DNA of 64,000 nt, taken from NCBI RefSeq assembly GCF_009914755.1, contig NC_060931.1. One strand, written 5' to 3'. This document shows, in pieces, positions 44,797 to 61,391 of the stretch. A model generated the notes under the pieces. That model saw only the letters and a program-made list of their open reading frames with translations. It was not told where the DNA came from and made no database searches. Position 1 is the first letter of the stretch. Every line of letters begins with the position of its first letter. The position numbers were made by a program, and so were the translations under genes. Source of the DNA: the human T2T-CHM13v2.0 reference genome, Homo sapiens.

Positions 44797-45032
44797 TGTC
44801 TTAGTCTATTTGTTATGCGCTATAACAAAATATCTGACACTGGGTAATTTGGAAAGAACAGAAATTTATTTCTCACAATTCTGGAACCTGGGAAGCCAAA
44901 GATCATGGTGCCAGCAGATTTGGTGTTTAGTGAGCAGACACCTTCTAAAAGCCCCACGTCTTAATACTGTTGCACTGGGAATTAAGTTTCAACATGAAAT
45001 TTGAAGGAGACACAAATAGTCAAACCACAGCA
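44797..45032 (-). mobile_element. Internally deleted MST-type LTR
   Basis: tgtcttagtc...caaaccacagca with perfect TSD ATCCT. Confidence 0.8.
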
Positions 45033-46622
45033 ATCCTAAACCAAGAGGAGCTAATACAAGGGAATGTTTGAAGTAAGAAGAGTAAGAGAGGGTCTGATGA
45101 AGTTTCCAAAGCAAAGCATAGACAATTAAATATAGTTTTGTTTTTTTTTTTTTTTACAGTTTTCATGACAACCAGCATGGTGAGCCTAGAGCATTTCAGA
45201 GGCAGAAAAAGAGTGCATAGACATGAAAAAGAGGGGCCATATTGATAAGAAAAATAGTACAGAGGTAGAATCTATAGTACTTTGAAGATGCCTGAAAAAC
45301 AGCGTAGAGAGAAATGTTATAATTGAAAATGACTGAGAAGATGGTGATTAAATACAGTAGGTAGTGTTGAAGAGTTGTGTTAGATAAATTGAGTTCAGTG
45401 TTCCTGCAAGATATCTAAGTGACCACATACAGGAGGAACTGGCAAATTCAAAACTAGAGTTTTTAGAAAAGTTAAGGCTACAGGTAAGGATTTGGCATTT
45501 GTCTGCATAGATGACCCAAACCAAAAGAGCTAGTGAAGATATTGAGAGAGCATGAAGGAGAAATGAAGAGAGTTAAGCCTATAGTTGATAATTGAAGGTC
45601 TTCTCTATGAGGCTATAACACTCCAATACTACGTTGTTGTCAGTGTAAACAAGGGCGTAGCCCAAAACACTGAGACCACTGACAACCCATAGCCTTCCTA
45701 TCAAAAATCCTTAACCCAGTAAGCCACAAATGCATTCAATCGGTAGTGGCAACTGCTTTGCTAACAGAAGAAAGTAGAAAAAATAACCTTTAGAGGAAAC
45801 CTCATTGAGAGCACACCTCACCAGTTCAGAGCTATCCTAAGTCAAAAAAAGCAAAAAGGTAGCTTACTAACTCAAAAATCTTAAAGTATGGGGCTATTCT
45901 GTTAGAAAAAGGTAATTTAACATTAACCACTGAAAATTCTCTTAACCCAGCAGGTTTCCTAATGAGGGATTTAAATCTTAATTACCATGCAAAGGTCCGA
46001 CCAGACCTAGGAAGAACTCCCTTCGGGACAGGAGATAGATGGTTCCTCCCAGGTGACTGAGGAACAAAAACCACAATTGGGTATCCAGTAATTGATAGGG
46101 AAACTCTTGTAAAAGCAGAGTTAGGAAAATTGCCTAATAATTGGTCTGCTCAAACATGCGAGCTGTTTGCACTCAGCCAAGCCTTAAAGTACTTATAGAA
46201 TCAAAAAACTCTATCTCAGTACTGACTCAAAAGGTTACTTACACACCTCTCTGAAGTGAATTTGCATAAGAACTGTTATTTACGGGAATGCATCTTGATG
46301 GGGCACCTGGGATGTTATGAAATACTCAGGAACCCAGCCCAGTTCTAAGACTCACCCCTGAGCACAAAGGCAATGTTGGGCATGCTGGTAAAGGACTACT
46401 AGAATCCACCAGCCTGGACCCCTTTCTTTGTGGTCAAGAAAGGCAGGAAAAGAGGTGCAGGACTGCTACATCAGTGAGTGTAACTAATCCAATAAGCAGA
46501 GGTCCATGGGTGGTTACGCATCCTGAAAAGGAATAAACATTAGGACCACAGAGGACACTCTAGGACTAATGCTCATTGGAAAATGACTAGCGGTGCTGGC
46601 ATCCCTATGTTCTTTTTTTCAG

Positions 46623-48359
<1,737 letters not shown>

Positions 48360-50173
48360 TGGTGCCCGGGGCAAGCGCCAGCCCATGCCATCACCCTCAC
48401 AGAGCCCCGGGTGGGCTTGACCATTGAGGGTCAGGGGGTTAACTGTCTCCTGGACACTGGTGCAGCCTTCTCAGTCTTACTCTCCTGTCCCGGAGAACTG
48501 TCCTCCAGATCTGTCACTATCCGAGGGGTCCTAGGACAGGCAGTCACTAGATACTTCTCCCAGCCACTAAGTTGTGACTGGGGAACTTTACTCTTTTCAC
48601 ATGCCTTTCTAATTATGCCTGAAAGCCCCACTCCTTTGTTAGGGAGAGGCATTCTAGCAAAAGCAGGGGCCATTATACACTAGAATTAGGAGAAAGAAAA
48701 AGGGTAAATATATATACAGACTTTAAGTATGCTTACCTAGTCCTCCATGCCCACACAGCAATATGGAGAGAGAGAATTCCTAACTTCTGAGGGAACACCT
48801 ATCAAACATCAGGAAGCCACTGGAGATTATTATTGGCTGCACAGAAACCTAAAGAGGTGGCAGCCTTACACTGCCGGGGTTGTCAGAAAGGAAAGGAAAG
48901 AGAAATAGAAGGGAATCGTCAAGCGGATATTGAAGCCAAAAGAGCCACCAGGTGGGACCCTCCGTTAGAAATGCTTATAGAAGGGCCCCTAGTATGGGGT
49001 AATGCCCTCCAGGAAACCAAGCCCCAGTACTCAGCAGAAGAAATAGAATGGGGAACCTCATGAGGACATAGTTTTCTCCCCTCAGGATGGCTAGCCACCG
49101 AAGAAGGAAAAATAATTTTGCCTGCAGCTAGCCAATGGAAATGCCTTAAACCCCTTCACCAGACCTTTCACTTTGGCATTGATAGCACCCATCAGATGGC
49201 CAAATCATTATTTACTGGATCAGGCCTTTTCAAAACTATCAAGCAGATAGTCAGGGCCTGTGAAGGGTGCCAAAGAAATAATCCTCTGCCTTATCGCCAG
49301 GCTCCTTCAGGAGAACAAAGAACAGGCCATTACCTAGGAGAAGACTGACAACTAGATTTTACCCACATGCCCAAATCTCAGGGATTTAAGTATCTACTAG
49401 TCTGGGTAGATACTTTCACTGGTTGGGCAGAGGCCTTCCCTTGTAGGACAGAAAAGTCCCAAGAGGTAATAAAGGTGCTAATTCATGAAATAATTCCTAG
49501 ATTTGGACTTCCCCGAGGCTTACAGAGTGACAATGGCCCTGCTTTCAAGGCTGCAGTAACCCAGGGAGTATCCCAGGCCTTAGGCATACAATATCACTTA
49601 CACTGCGCCTGGAGGCCACAATCCTCAGGAAAAGTCAAGAAAATGAATGAAACACTCAAACGACATCTAAAAAAGCTAATCCAAGAAACCCACCTTGCAT
49701 GGCCTGCTCTGTTGCCTATAGCCTTACTAAGAATCCAAAACTCTCCCCAGAAAGCAGGACTTAGTCCATATGAGATGCTATATGGACAGCCCTTCCTAAC
49801 CAATGACCTTGTGCTTGACCGAGAGATGGCCAACTTAGTTGCAGACATCACCTCCTTAGCCAAATACCAACAAGTTCTTAAAACACTACAGGCAACCTCT
49901 CCCTGAGAGGAGGGAAAGGAATTATTCCACCCTGGTGACATGGTATTAGTCAAGTCCCTTCCCTCTAATTCCCCATCCCTAGACACATCCTGGGAAGGAC
50001 GCTACCCAGTCATTTTATCTACCCCCATCGCTGTTAAAGTGGCTGGAGTTGAGTCTTGGATACATCACACTCAAGTCAAACCCTGGATACTGCCAAAGGA
50101 ACCCGAAAATCCGGGAGACTACACTAGCTATTCCTGTGAACCTCTAGAGGATCTGCGCCTGCTCTTCAAGTGA
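48360..50173 (+). pseudogene. HERV-W pro-pol remnant: protease, RNase H C-half, integrase; RT missing
   Basis: LLDTGAAFSVL protease motif, then directly VNIYTDFKYAY (RNase H); integrase VDTFTGWAEAFP...LQSDNGPAF. Confidence 0.9.
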
Positions 50174-50209
50174 CAACCGTGAGGAAAGTAACTAGAATCA
50201 TACATCCCC

Positions 50210-50700
50210 ATGGCCCTCCCTTGTCATATTTTTCTCTTTACTGTTCTCTTACCCCCTTTCACTCTCACTGCACCTCCTCCATGCCTCTGTACTACCAGTA
50301 GCTCCCCTTAGCAAGAGCTTCTATGGAGAATGCAGCTTCCTGGAAATGTTGATGCCCCATCGTATAGGAGTTTTTCTAAAGGAAACCCCACTTTCACCGC
50401 CCACACCCATATGCCCCTGCACTTCAGGCCATACATGTCAATCCCTGTATCTTTAACCTGCTTGTTAAGTTTGTCTCTTCCAGAACCAAAGCTGTAAAAC
50501 TACAAATCATTCTTCAAATGGAGCCCCAGATGCAGATCATGTCTAAGATCTACCGCGGACCCCTGGACTAGCCTGCTAGCCCATGCCCTGATGTTAATGA
50601 CATTGAAGTCACCCCTCCTGAGGAAATCTCAACTGCATGACCCCTACTACACCCCAATTCAGCAGGAAGCAGTTAACAGTGGTCGTTGGCTGACCTCCCC
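50210..50700 (+). pseudogene. HERV-W env remnant (syncytin-1 paralog)
   Basis: MALPCHIFLFTVLLPPFTLTAPPPC signal peptide; TAG at 50309-50311; C-terminal PCIFNLLVKFVSSR..AVKLQIILQMEPQMQ in another frame. Confidence 0.88.
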
Positions 50701-50735
50701 AACAGCACTTGGGTTTTCCTGTTGAGAGGGGGCAC

Positions 50736-51518
<783 letters not shown>

Positions 51519-51524
51519 GTAACA

Positions 51525-54500
51525 TCCTTCTCCCATCCCTGGCCCCTGACAGCCACTGATCTGTTCTCTGTTGTTACAGTTTTGTCTTTTCAAGAATGAC
51601 TTATAAGTGGACTCATAGGATTTGTAAACTTTCACTGAGCATAATGCCTTTGAGAGTCATCCAAGTTGTTGTATATACGAATAGTTCATTCCTTCTTATT
51701 TCTGAGAAGTAGTTTGTGGTGTGAACATATCACAGTTTATCCATTCACTGGCTGAAGGACATTTGTGTTACTTCCAGCTTCTAAAAACTATTATTAGAGC
51801 TCCTGTAAACTTTATGTGCATAGGCTGTTGCATTTTTCTACCTAGGAGTGGATTTGCCAGATCATGTGGGAAGTTTAACTTTATGAGAAACTGCCAATCT
51901 GTTTTTCAGAGTGGCTTTACCGTATTTCATTCCTACTAGCAATTTTGAAGAGTTCCAGTTACTCTGCATCGTTACCAGTACTTGGTAGGTTTAGCCATTT
52001 TCATTTTTGGTAATCTAGTAGGTACACAGTAATTCTCGTGGTGGTTTGGAAGTGTTGAATTTATTTTCATGTGTGTATTTGCTTTCCATATAACTTTGAT
52101 GATGTGTCTTTTCATGTATTTTGCTCATTTTTTTCCTGAGTTTTGAGGGATCTTATATATTTTGGATACAAATCCTTTATAAAATATCGATTGAAAATAT
52201 TTTCTTTCAGCCTCTAACTTGTTTTTTAATCTCTGAACAATGTCTTCACAATATAGTTTTTATTTTTGATGAAGCCTAATTTATTATTTTTTTCTTTCAT
52301 TGACTATGCTTTTGATGTGTTCTCCAGGAACTCTTTGCTTAAATCCAAGATTAAAAACTTTTTCCCAACTGTACTTATAAAAAAACTTATTGTATTTTTT
52401 AGATGTATAATCTATTTTAAATTAATTACTGCAAAGAGTGTGAGGTTTATGTCAAGGTTTATTTTTTTTGCATGTGGTTGTCCAATTGCTCCAGTATGAT
52501 TTGTTGAAAAGATTACACTCTCTCCACTGAATTGTTGTTACATCTTTGTCAAAAATTAATTGCCCACATTTGTGTGGATGCATTTCTGAACTATTTATTC
52601 AGTTCCATTGATTTATGGGTCTGTCTCTTTGACAATACCACACAGTCCTTATTGTTGTAGTTTTATAGTAAGTCTTAAAATCAAGTACTATGATTCTTCT
52701 TTCTTCTTTTTCACAATTGTTTTGGTTATTCTACTTCTTTGACCTTTACATATGTTTCTATCTCAAAAAATCCTATTGTGATTTTTATTGGAATTATGTT
52801 AACTCTATAATAAATTTGGGGAGAATTGATCACCATTAAATGTGCTAATCCATGAATGTGGCATTTCTCCTTGTTTATTTAGGTCCTATTTTATTTTATT
52901 CATCAGCATTTGCAGTTTTAGCATGCAGATCCTGTACATTTTTTGGTTATCTTTATACTCAAGTATTTGAAGTTTTGAATTGTTGAAAAAGGCTTTTTTA
53001 TATCAGTTTTCAAATGTTTATTGTTAACATATACAAATATGGTTGATTTTTGTGTGTTGATCTCATATGCTGCTTTTCACCACCAAACATATTTTACAGA
53101 ACTCAAGAAGTGAACATTCTCTTATGTTTATACATATATTTACCATTTCTCTTGCTTGGCCTTTGTTCCTGATATTAAATGTTTCCTACTGCTATCATTT
53201 TTCTTTTGTTTGACAAGCTTACTTTACCAATTACTTTAGAGTAGTTCTTCTAACAACAAAGTCTCTTAGTGTTCCTTCATCTGAGAATGCCTTTATTTTA
53301 CCTTCATTCTTGCAGGATATTTTTACAGGATATAGAATTTTAGGTTGATAATTTTTTTTTCAGTACTCAAAAAATGTTGTGCTACTTCTGTCTCTCTTTC
53401 ATAGTTTCTGATTTGGTTACTGGAATCACTGTTCCTCTGAATATACTATGGTTTTTCTGTATAAGATTTCAAAATTTTTTTCTTTTTCTTTAGTTTTCAG
53501 CAATTTAATTATATGTTGGGGTATATATTTTCTTGAGTTTATCTTGTTTGCATTCACTGAGTAACTATCTTGAATCTATAGGTTTCTGTCTTTTTTATTT
53601 TTTCAATTGTGCTTCTCTCTGTTCTGATTGTATTATTTTCATTTTTATTGCTTCAAGCTTATAGGGCCTCTGGCATCTCCATTTTGCTATGGATCTTATC
53701 TTGTGCTTCTTTCTTTCAGGTTATTACATTTTTTCATTCTAAAATTTCTATTTTGTTCATCTTTGTAACTTCAATTTTTTGCTAAGACTTTCTATCTTTC
53801 AATTCTTTTTAAGACAGTTCTCCCATTAGTTTTCAGAGTGTTTGTATCATACCTACTTTAAAGGTTTTGTCAGATAATTCTAGCATCTATGTCATTTCAG
53901 CATTGACATTGGTTGTTTTTCTTTTATTGTGCAGTTTGAGATTTTCCTAGATATTTACATGATAAGTACTTTTGAATTATATCTTAAATGTTTGAGTACT
54001 AAACTATAAAACTCTGGGTCTTATTTAAATCCTGTAGAGAATGGTTGCTTCCCTCATTTCTTATTAATACATAATAATTGTACATATTTATGGAGTACAC
54101 ATAATATTCTGATACATACATACATACAAGGTGTAATGATCAGATCAGGATATTTAGGATATCTGTCACCTCAAATACTTATCATTTCTTTATGTTGTGA
54201 ACATTTCAAATCTTCTCTTTTAGATATTAAAAAATTATTTTTAACTATAATCACCCTACTATACTATTAAATACTAGAAACTACTCCTATCTATGTGTAC
54301 GTTTATACCCATTAAGCAACCTCTCTTCATCTCTTTACTCCCTGCCCTTTGCAGCCTCTGATAACCACCATTTTACTCTCTATTTCCATGAGATCAACTT
54401 TTTAAACTCTCATGTATGAATGGAAGCATGTAATATTTGTCTTTATGTACCCAACTTTTATCAGTTTAACATAATGACCTCCAGTTCCACCCAGGTTGCT

Positions 54501-54543
54501 ACAAATAAGAGGATTTTATTTCTTTATGGGAGAATTGTATTCC

Positions 54544-54578
<35 letters not shown>

Positions 54579-54613
54579 ACTTATATGTAGAAACACAATA
54601 CCGAAAATTTGGC

Positions 54614-54656
<43 letters not shown>

Positions 54657-55580
54657 CGCAAACACACATATACATGTATGCCCAATTTTCTTTATTTTTC
54701 ATCCATTGATTAAGTTGATTCTATATTTTGGCTATTGTGAATGATGCTGCAGTAAACTTTGGAGTGCTTACCTTTCAAAAAATACCTAGAAGTGGGATTG
54801 CTGGGTTGTATGGTAGTCCTATTTTTAGTTTTTTGAGAAACCTCCATACTGTACATGGCTAAACTAATATACATTCCCACCAACAGCATATATGAATTTC
54901 CTTTTCTCCACATTCCTGCTAACATCTGTTATTTTTCTCTTTTTTTTTATACCAGCCATTCTAAATGAGATGAGATGATATCTCATTGTGGTTTTGATTT
55001 ACATTTCCCTGGTGATGAGTATTGTTTACCATTTTTTCACATGACTGTTGGCCATTTGGATGTCTTCTTTTGAGAAATGTCTATTTAGATACTTTGTCCA
55101 ATTTTTAATGGGATTATTGGTTTTTTTTTTTTGCTGTCAAGTAGTTTGAGTTCCTTGTATATTCTGGATATTAGTCCCTTGTTGAATGAATAGTTTGCAA
55201 ATATTTTCTCCTTTTCTACAGATTATTCCTTCACTGTGTTGTTTCCTTTGCTGTTAGCTTTTTTTGTGTCATATCATCTCATTTGTCTAGTTTTGTCAGT
55301 GTTGTTGTCTATGCTTTTGAAATCACAGCTGTAAAATCTTTGCCTACACCAATGTCCTAAAGCATTTTCTCTATGTTTTCTTGTAGTAGATTTGCAGTTT
55401 CCAGTCATATGTTTAAGTCTTTGGACTATTTTGAGTTGACTTATTTAATATGGTGAAAGATAGAGGTTCAGTTTTATTCTTTTGCATATGGATATACAGC
55501 TTTCCCAGCACTATTTATTAAAGAGGGTATTCTTTCCCCATTGTATGTTCTTGGAACCTTTGTTGAAAATCAGTAGGCTG
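51525..55580 (-). mobile_element. Nested old L1M/L1MA fragments (the later one resumes at 61408-61900)
   Basis: Reverse L1 3'UTR and ORF2 motifs throughout; sequence is colinear across the inserted plus-strand L1. Confidence 0.82.
54547..54655. repeat. (GT)n and (GATA)n microsatellites
   Basis: About 14 GT units at 54547-54575 and about 10 GATA units at 54615-54655. Confidence 0.93.
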
Positions 55581-58500
55581 AAAATCAGAGGCAGAGCAAG
55601 ACAGCAGAATAGAAGGCTTCACCAATCGTCCCCCTACAAGGACAGCAATTTAATTACTATCTACACACACACACACACAAAGCACCTTCATAAGGACTAA
55701 AAATCAGGTGAGCACTCACAGTACCTGATTTTAACTTCATATCACTGAAACAGAAATAAAGAGGTAGAAAAAAAACAGTCATGAATCACTGATGCAACCT
55801 CCTCCCCAATCCCCCAGCATTGGCAGCATGGTGCAGAGAGTGTTTCTGAGCACTGAGGGAAGGAGAGCACAGCAATCATGAAGCGATTGAACTCAGTGCT
55901 GTCTGGTCATAGCAGAAAGAAAAAACAGACAAAATTCAGCTAACACACACCCACAGAGGGAGCATTTAAACCGGCACTAGCCAGAGGGAAATTGCCAATA
56001 GAGGTGATGAGAACTTGAGTCCTTGCAAGTCTTGGCACTGTGGGCTAAAGTGCTCTGGAACTCTAAATAAACTTGAAAGGTGGTCTAGGTCACAGGACTG
56101 CAATTTTTAGGTGAGTTCTCGTATTGAACTGGGTTCATAGCTAGCACACAGGGGTTGACAGTGGGAGGGCATGTGACCTGCTGACACATCAACTGGGCAC
56201 TTAAGGAAGTGCTGGCATCACTCCTCCCCTAACCCCAGGCCACACTGCTTGCAGCTCCAAAAGAGACACCTCCTTCTGCCTGAGGAGAGGAGGGGAAAAA
56301 CTGGAGAAGACTTTGTCTTGCATCTGGGATACCAGCTTAGACACAATAAGATAGGAAATGGGTCAGAGTCATGAGGCTCCCTTTCCAGGCCTCAGCCACC
56401 AGACAACAAATCTAGATACACCCTGGGCCAGAAAGGAACCTGCAGCCTTAAAGGGAATGAAACATAGTGCCGGCACCATTCATCACCTGCTAACTTAAAA
56501 GCCTTTGGGCCCTGAATAACCAGCAGCAATACCCAAGTTCTACATTGAGGGCTTTGGGTGAGACTCTGAGACCTCCTCACTTCAGTTGAGATTCAGCACA
56601 TTCCCCAGCTGTGGTGACTGTGGAGCAAGAATCCTTCTATTTGAGAAAAGTAAAGGAGACATTGTCCTGCACCTAGGTATCAGCTTGACCACAGGAGAGT
56701 AGAGCACCAAGTGGGCTCTTAGGGTCCCCAATTTCAGGCCTTGGCTCTGGGACAGCATTTCTGGACCTGCCTGGGGCTAGAGGGGAGTCCAAGGCCTTAA
56801 AGGGTGAGTCCCCAGGCAGGCCATATTCTCCACAAGCTGAATGAAGAGACCTTGGGCCTTAAGGGAACAATGGCAATAGTCTGGCAGTACCCCCATGGGC
56901 CTGTGATGGCAGTGGCCAAGGACTGACTCCTCTGCCTTTGGAAAGTGGAGAAAAGAATGGGAAGGACTGCATCTTGTAGTTTTAGTGCCAGCACAGCTAC
57001 AGTACAACAGAACACCAGGTAGACTTCTAAGGATTTTAAGCGTAGTCCCTGGCTCCTGAACAGCACCTTTGGATATGCCCATGGCCTAAGGGAACTCACC
57101 AAACCCAAAGGGAAAGATCGGCCTGGATAGCTTTGCCACATCGTGATTGTAGAGCCTCCAGGGCCTTGAGCAACCTTAAGTAGTAGCCAGGGAGTGGTTA
57201 CAGCAGGTCTTGGGTAAAACTCAGTGCTCTGTTTGTCTCAGATCTCATCCAGCTCAGTCATACTGGTGGTGGCAACAGAAGTACTTATATCACTCCATTC
57301 CCAGGTTCAGGTGACTCAGAACAGAGGCAGAGACTTTATTTGTCTGAGAGAAAGTAAGAGAAGAGAATGAGAGTCTCTGCCTGGGAATCCAGAGAATTCT
57401 CCCAGATCTTGTCCAAGACCATCAAGGTGGTACCTCTATGAGTCTGCAAAAACCACAGAGTAATTGGGATTGGGGTGCCCCGTAAAGTTGATACAGCTTA
57501 GATCTCAACACCCACATTCTTCACATAACTTCTCAAGAAAGACAGGTACACACAAACCCAGACTGTGAAGACTATAATAAATACCTAACTCTTCAATGCC
57601 CAGACATAAGCAAACATCCCTAAGTATCAAGACAATCCAGGAAAACATGATCTCACCAAACAAACTTAATAAGGCACCAGAGACCAATCCTGGAGAAATA
57701 GAGATATGTGACATTTCAGACAGAAAATTCAAAATAGCTGTTTTGAGGAAACTCAAAGAAATTCAAGATAACACACAGAAGAAATTCAGAATTCTATCAG
57801 ATAAATTTAACAAACAAATTGAAATAATAAAATAATCAAGCAGAAATTCTAGAGTTGAAAAATGTAATTGACACACTGAAGAATGCATTGGGGTCTTTTA
57901 ATAGCAGAATTCATCAAGCAGAAGAAAGAAGAAGAAAGCCTATCACAAGGCATTTAATAATCGGACTCCCAAAGATAAAGGATAAAGAAAGGCTCCTAAA
58001 ATCAGCAAGAGAAAAGGAAGAAGTAACATACAATGGAGCTCCAATGTGTCTGGCAGCAGACTTTTCAGTGGAAGCCTTATAGGATAGGAGAGAGTGGCAT
58101 GACATATTTTAAGTGCTGAAGAAAAACAACTTTTACTCCAGAATAGCATAACTGGCAAAAATATCCTTCAAAAATGAAGGAGAAATAAATACTTTCCCAG
58201 GCAAACAAAAGCTGAGGAATTTCATCAACATCAGAACTGTCAGACAAGACATGCCAAAAGGAGTATTTCAATCCAAAGTATGTTAATGAGCAATATGTAA
58301 TCACCTGAAGGTACAAAACTCACTGGTAATGGTAAGTACACAGAAAAACACAGGATATAATAACACTATAACTGTGGTGTGTAAACTATCTTATCCTATG
58401 TAGAATGATTAAAGGGTGAATCAATAAAAAATAATAACTATGACAACTTTTGAAAACATAGAGAATACAATAAAAAATAAATGGAAACAACAAAAAGTTC

Positions 58501-61391
58501 AAAAGGGGATATGAAGTTAAAGTGAGTTTTTATTAGGTTTTTTTTTTTGCTTTTTTGTTTATGCAAACAGTGTTAAGTTGTTATCATAGTTTTATCGTAT
58601 GTTTTAACATAGTATTTGCAAGCCTCCTGGTGTATTCAAAACAAGATCATACAACAGATACATAAAAAATATAAAGGAAGAAACTAAATCATATGACCAG
58701 AGAAAATTATCTTCACTAAAGGAAAAACAGAAAGTAAAGAAAGAAGGAAGAGAAGACAACAAAATAATCAGAAAACAAATAACAAAATGGCAGGAGTAAG
58801 TCCTTACTTATCAATAACATTGAATGCAAATGGACTAAACTTTCTAATCAAAAGATATAGAGTGGCCGAATGGATTTTTAAAAAAGCAAGACCCATTGAT
58901 TTGCCTACAAGAAACACACTTCACCTATAGATACACATAAACTGAAAATCAAGGAGTAGAAAAAGATATTCCATGCCAATGGAAACCAAAAAGAGCAGGA
59001 ATAGCTATACTTATATCAGACAAAATAGGTTTGAGACAAAAGCTATAAGGAAGAGATGAAGATGATCACTATATAATGATAAAGAGATCAATTAAGCAAG
59101 ACGATACAACAATTGTAAATATATGTGCACCCAACACTGCATCACCCAGATGTATAAAGCAAATATTATTAGAACTAAAGAGAAAGATAAATTCCAATAC
59201 AATAATAGCTGGAGACTTAAACGCCCTACTATCAGCATTGGACAGATCTTCCAGACAGAAAATCAAAAAAGAAATATTGGGTTTAATCTGCACTGTAGAC
59301 CAAATGGATCTAACAGATAGTTACAAAACATTTTATCCAGTGGTTGCAAAATGTACATTTTTTTTCTCAGCACATGGATTATTCTCAAGGGTAGAGCATA
59401 TGTTAGGTCACCAAACAAGTCTGAAAACATTCAAAATATTTACTATCAGTAGCATTTTTATATGCCAGCAGTGAACAATCTGAAAAGAAGTCAAGAAAGT
59501 AATCACACTTACAATAGCTACAAGTAAAATTAAATAACTAGGAATTAACTTAACCAAAGAAGTGGAAGACTTGTGTAATAAAAACTATAAAACACTGATC
59601 AAAGGAATTGAAGAGGACTCCAAAAAATGAAAAAATATTCCATGTTCATGGATTGGAAAAATCATTATTGTGACAATGTTCATATTACCTGAACCAATCT
59701 ACAGATTCAATGCAATTTCTATCAAATTCCAATGACATCCTTTACAGAAATAGAAAAAAACTATCCTAAAATGTATGTGGAACAAAAAAAGACCCAAAAT
59801 AGCCAAAGCTATCCTAAGCAAAAAGAACAAAACTGGAGGAATCATATTACCTGTCTTCAAACTATACTACAGAGCTCTAGTAACCAAAACAGCACATTAC
59901 TGGCATAAAAACAGACACATAAATCACTGGAACAGCATAGAGAACCCAGAAACAAATCCACACACCTACAGTGAACTCATTTTCGACAAAGGTGCCAAGA
60001 ACATACACTGGGGAAAAGACAGTCTCTTCAATAAATGGTGCTCAGAAAATTGGGTATTCATATGCAAAGGAATGAAATTTAGACCCATATCTTTCAACAT
60101 ATACAAAAATAAAATCAAAATGAATTAAAGGCTTAAATCTAAGACTTCAAACTATGAAACTACTACAAGAAAACATTACGGAAAATCCCCAGCACATTGG
60201 TCTGCGCAAATATTTCTTGAGTAATAGCCTACAAACACAGGCAACAAAAGCAAAAATGGATATAAGTTAAGAAGCTTCTGCACAGCAAAGGAAACTATCA
60301 AGAAAGTGAAGAGACAACCCATAGAATGAGGAAAAATATTTGCAAACTACCCACCTGACAAGAATATGTAAGGAGCTCAAACAACTCTATAGGAAAAAGT
60401 CTAATAATCTGATTAAAACTGGCCAAAAGATTTGAATAGACATTTCTCAAAAGAAGACATAAAAATGGCAAACAGGCATATGAAAAGGGGTTTATCAGAG
60501 AAATGGAATTTAAAACTACAATGAGATATTATCTCATTTCAGCTAAAATGGCTTATTTCCAAAAGACAGGCAATAACAAATGCTGATGAGGATGTGGAGA
60601 AAAGGGAACCTTTGTACACTATTGGTGGGAATGTAAATTAGTGCAACCACTATGGAGAACAGTTTGGAGGTGCCTCAGAAAACTAAACCTGGAGCAACCA
60701 TATGATCCAGCAATCCCACTTCTGGATATATACACAAAAGACAGCAAATCAGTATATCAAAGAGCTATCTGCACTCCCATGTTTGTTGTAGCACTGTTTA
60801 CAATAGCCAAGATTTGGAAGCAACCTAAGTGTCCATCACAGATGAATGAATAAAGAAAATGTGGTACATATACACAATGGAGAACTATTCAGCCATAAAA
60901 AAATGACACCCTGTCATTTGCAACAACATGGATGGAACAGAAGATCATTATGTTAAGTGAAGTAAGCCAGGCACAGAAATACAAACTTCACATGTTCTCA
61001 CTTATCTGTGAGATCTGAAAATAAAAACAACTGGACTCATCAATACCGAGAGTAGAAATATGGATACCAGAGGAAGGGAGGGGTAGAGGGGATAAAGGGG
61101 GAGGTGGGGATGGTTAATGGACTAAAAAAGAATAGAAAGAATAAGACCTAGTATTTGCTAGCACAATAGGGTGATTGTAGTCAATAACAATTTAATAGTA
61201 CATTTAAAAATAACTAAAAGAATATAATTGGATTGTTTGTAACAGAAAGGATAAATGTTTAAAATGATGGATAATCTATTCCCCAGATGGGCTTATTTCA
61301 CATTACATGCCTGCATCAAAACACCTCATGTACCCCATAAATATATACACCTACTATGTACCCACAAAAATTAAAAATTTGTTTAGAAAAG
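55581..61391 (+). mobile_element. End-to-end L1 (L1MA1/2-L1PB age) with 5'UTR and internal deletions in ORF1 and ORF2
   Basis: 16-bp TSD gaaaatcagt(a/t)ggctg at 55565-55580 and 61392-61407; ORF1 pieces 57596-58290; endonuclease piece TIIAGDLNALLSALDRSSRQK; ORF2 C-terminus and 3'UTR. Confidence 0.9.
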
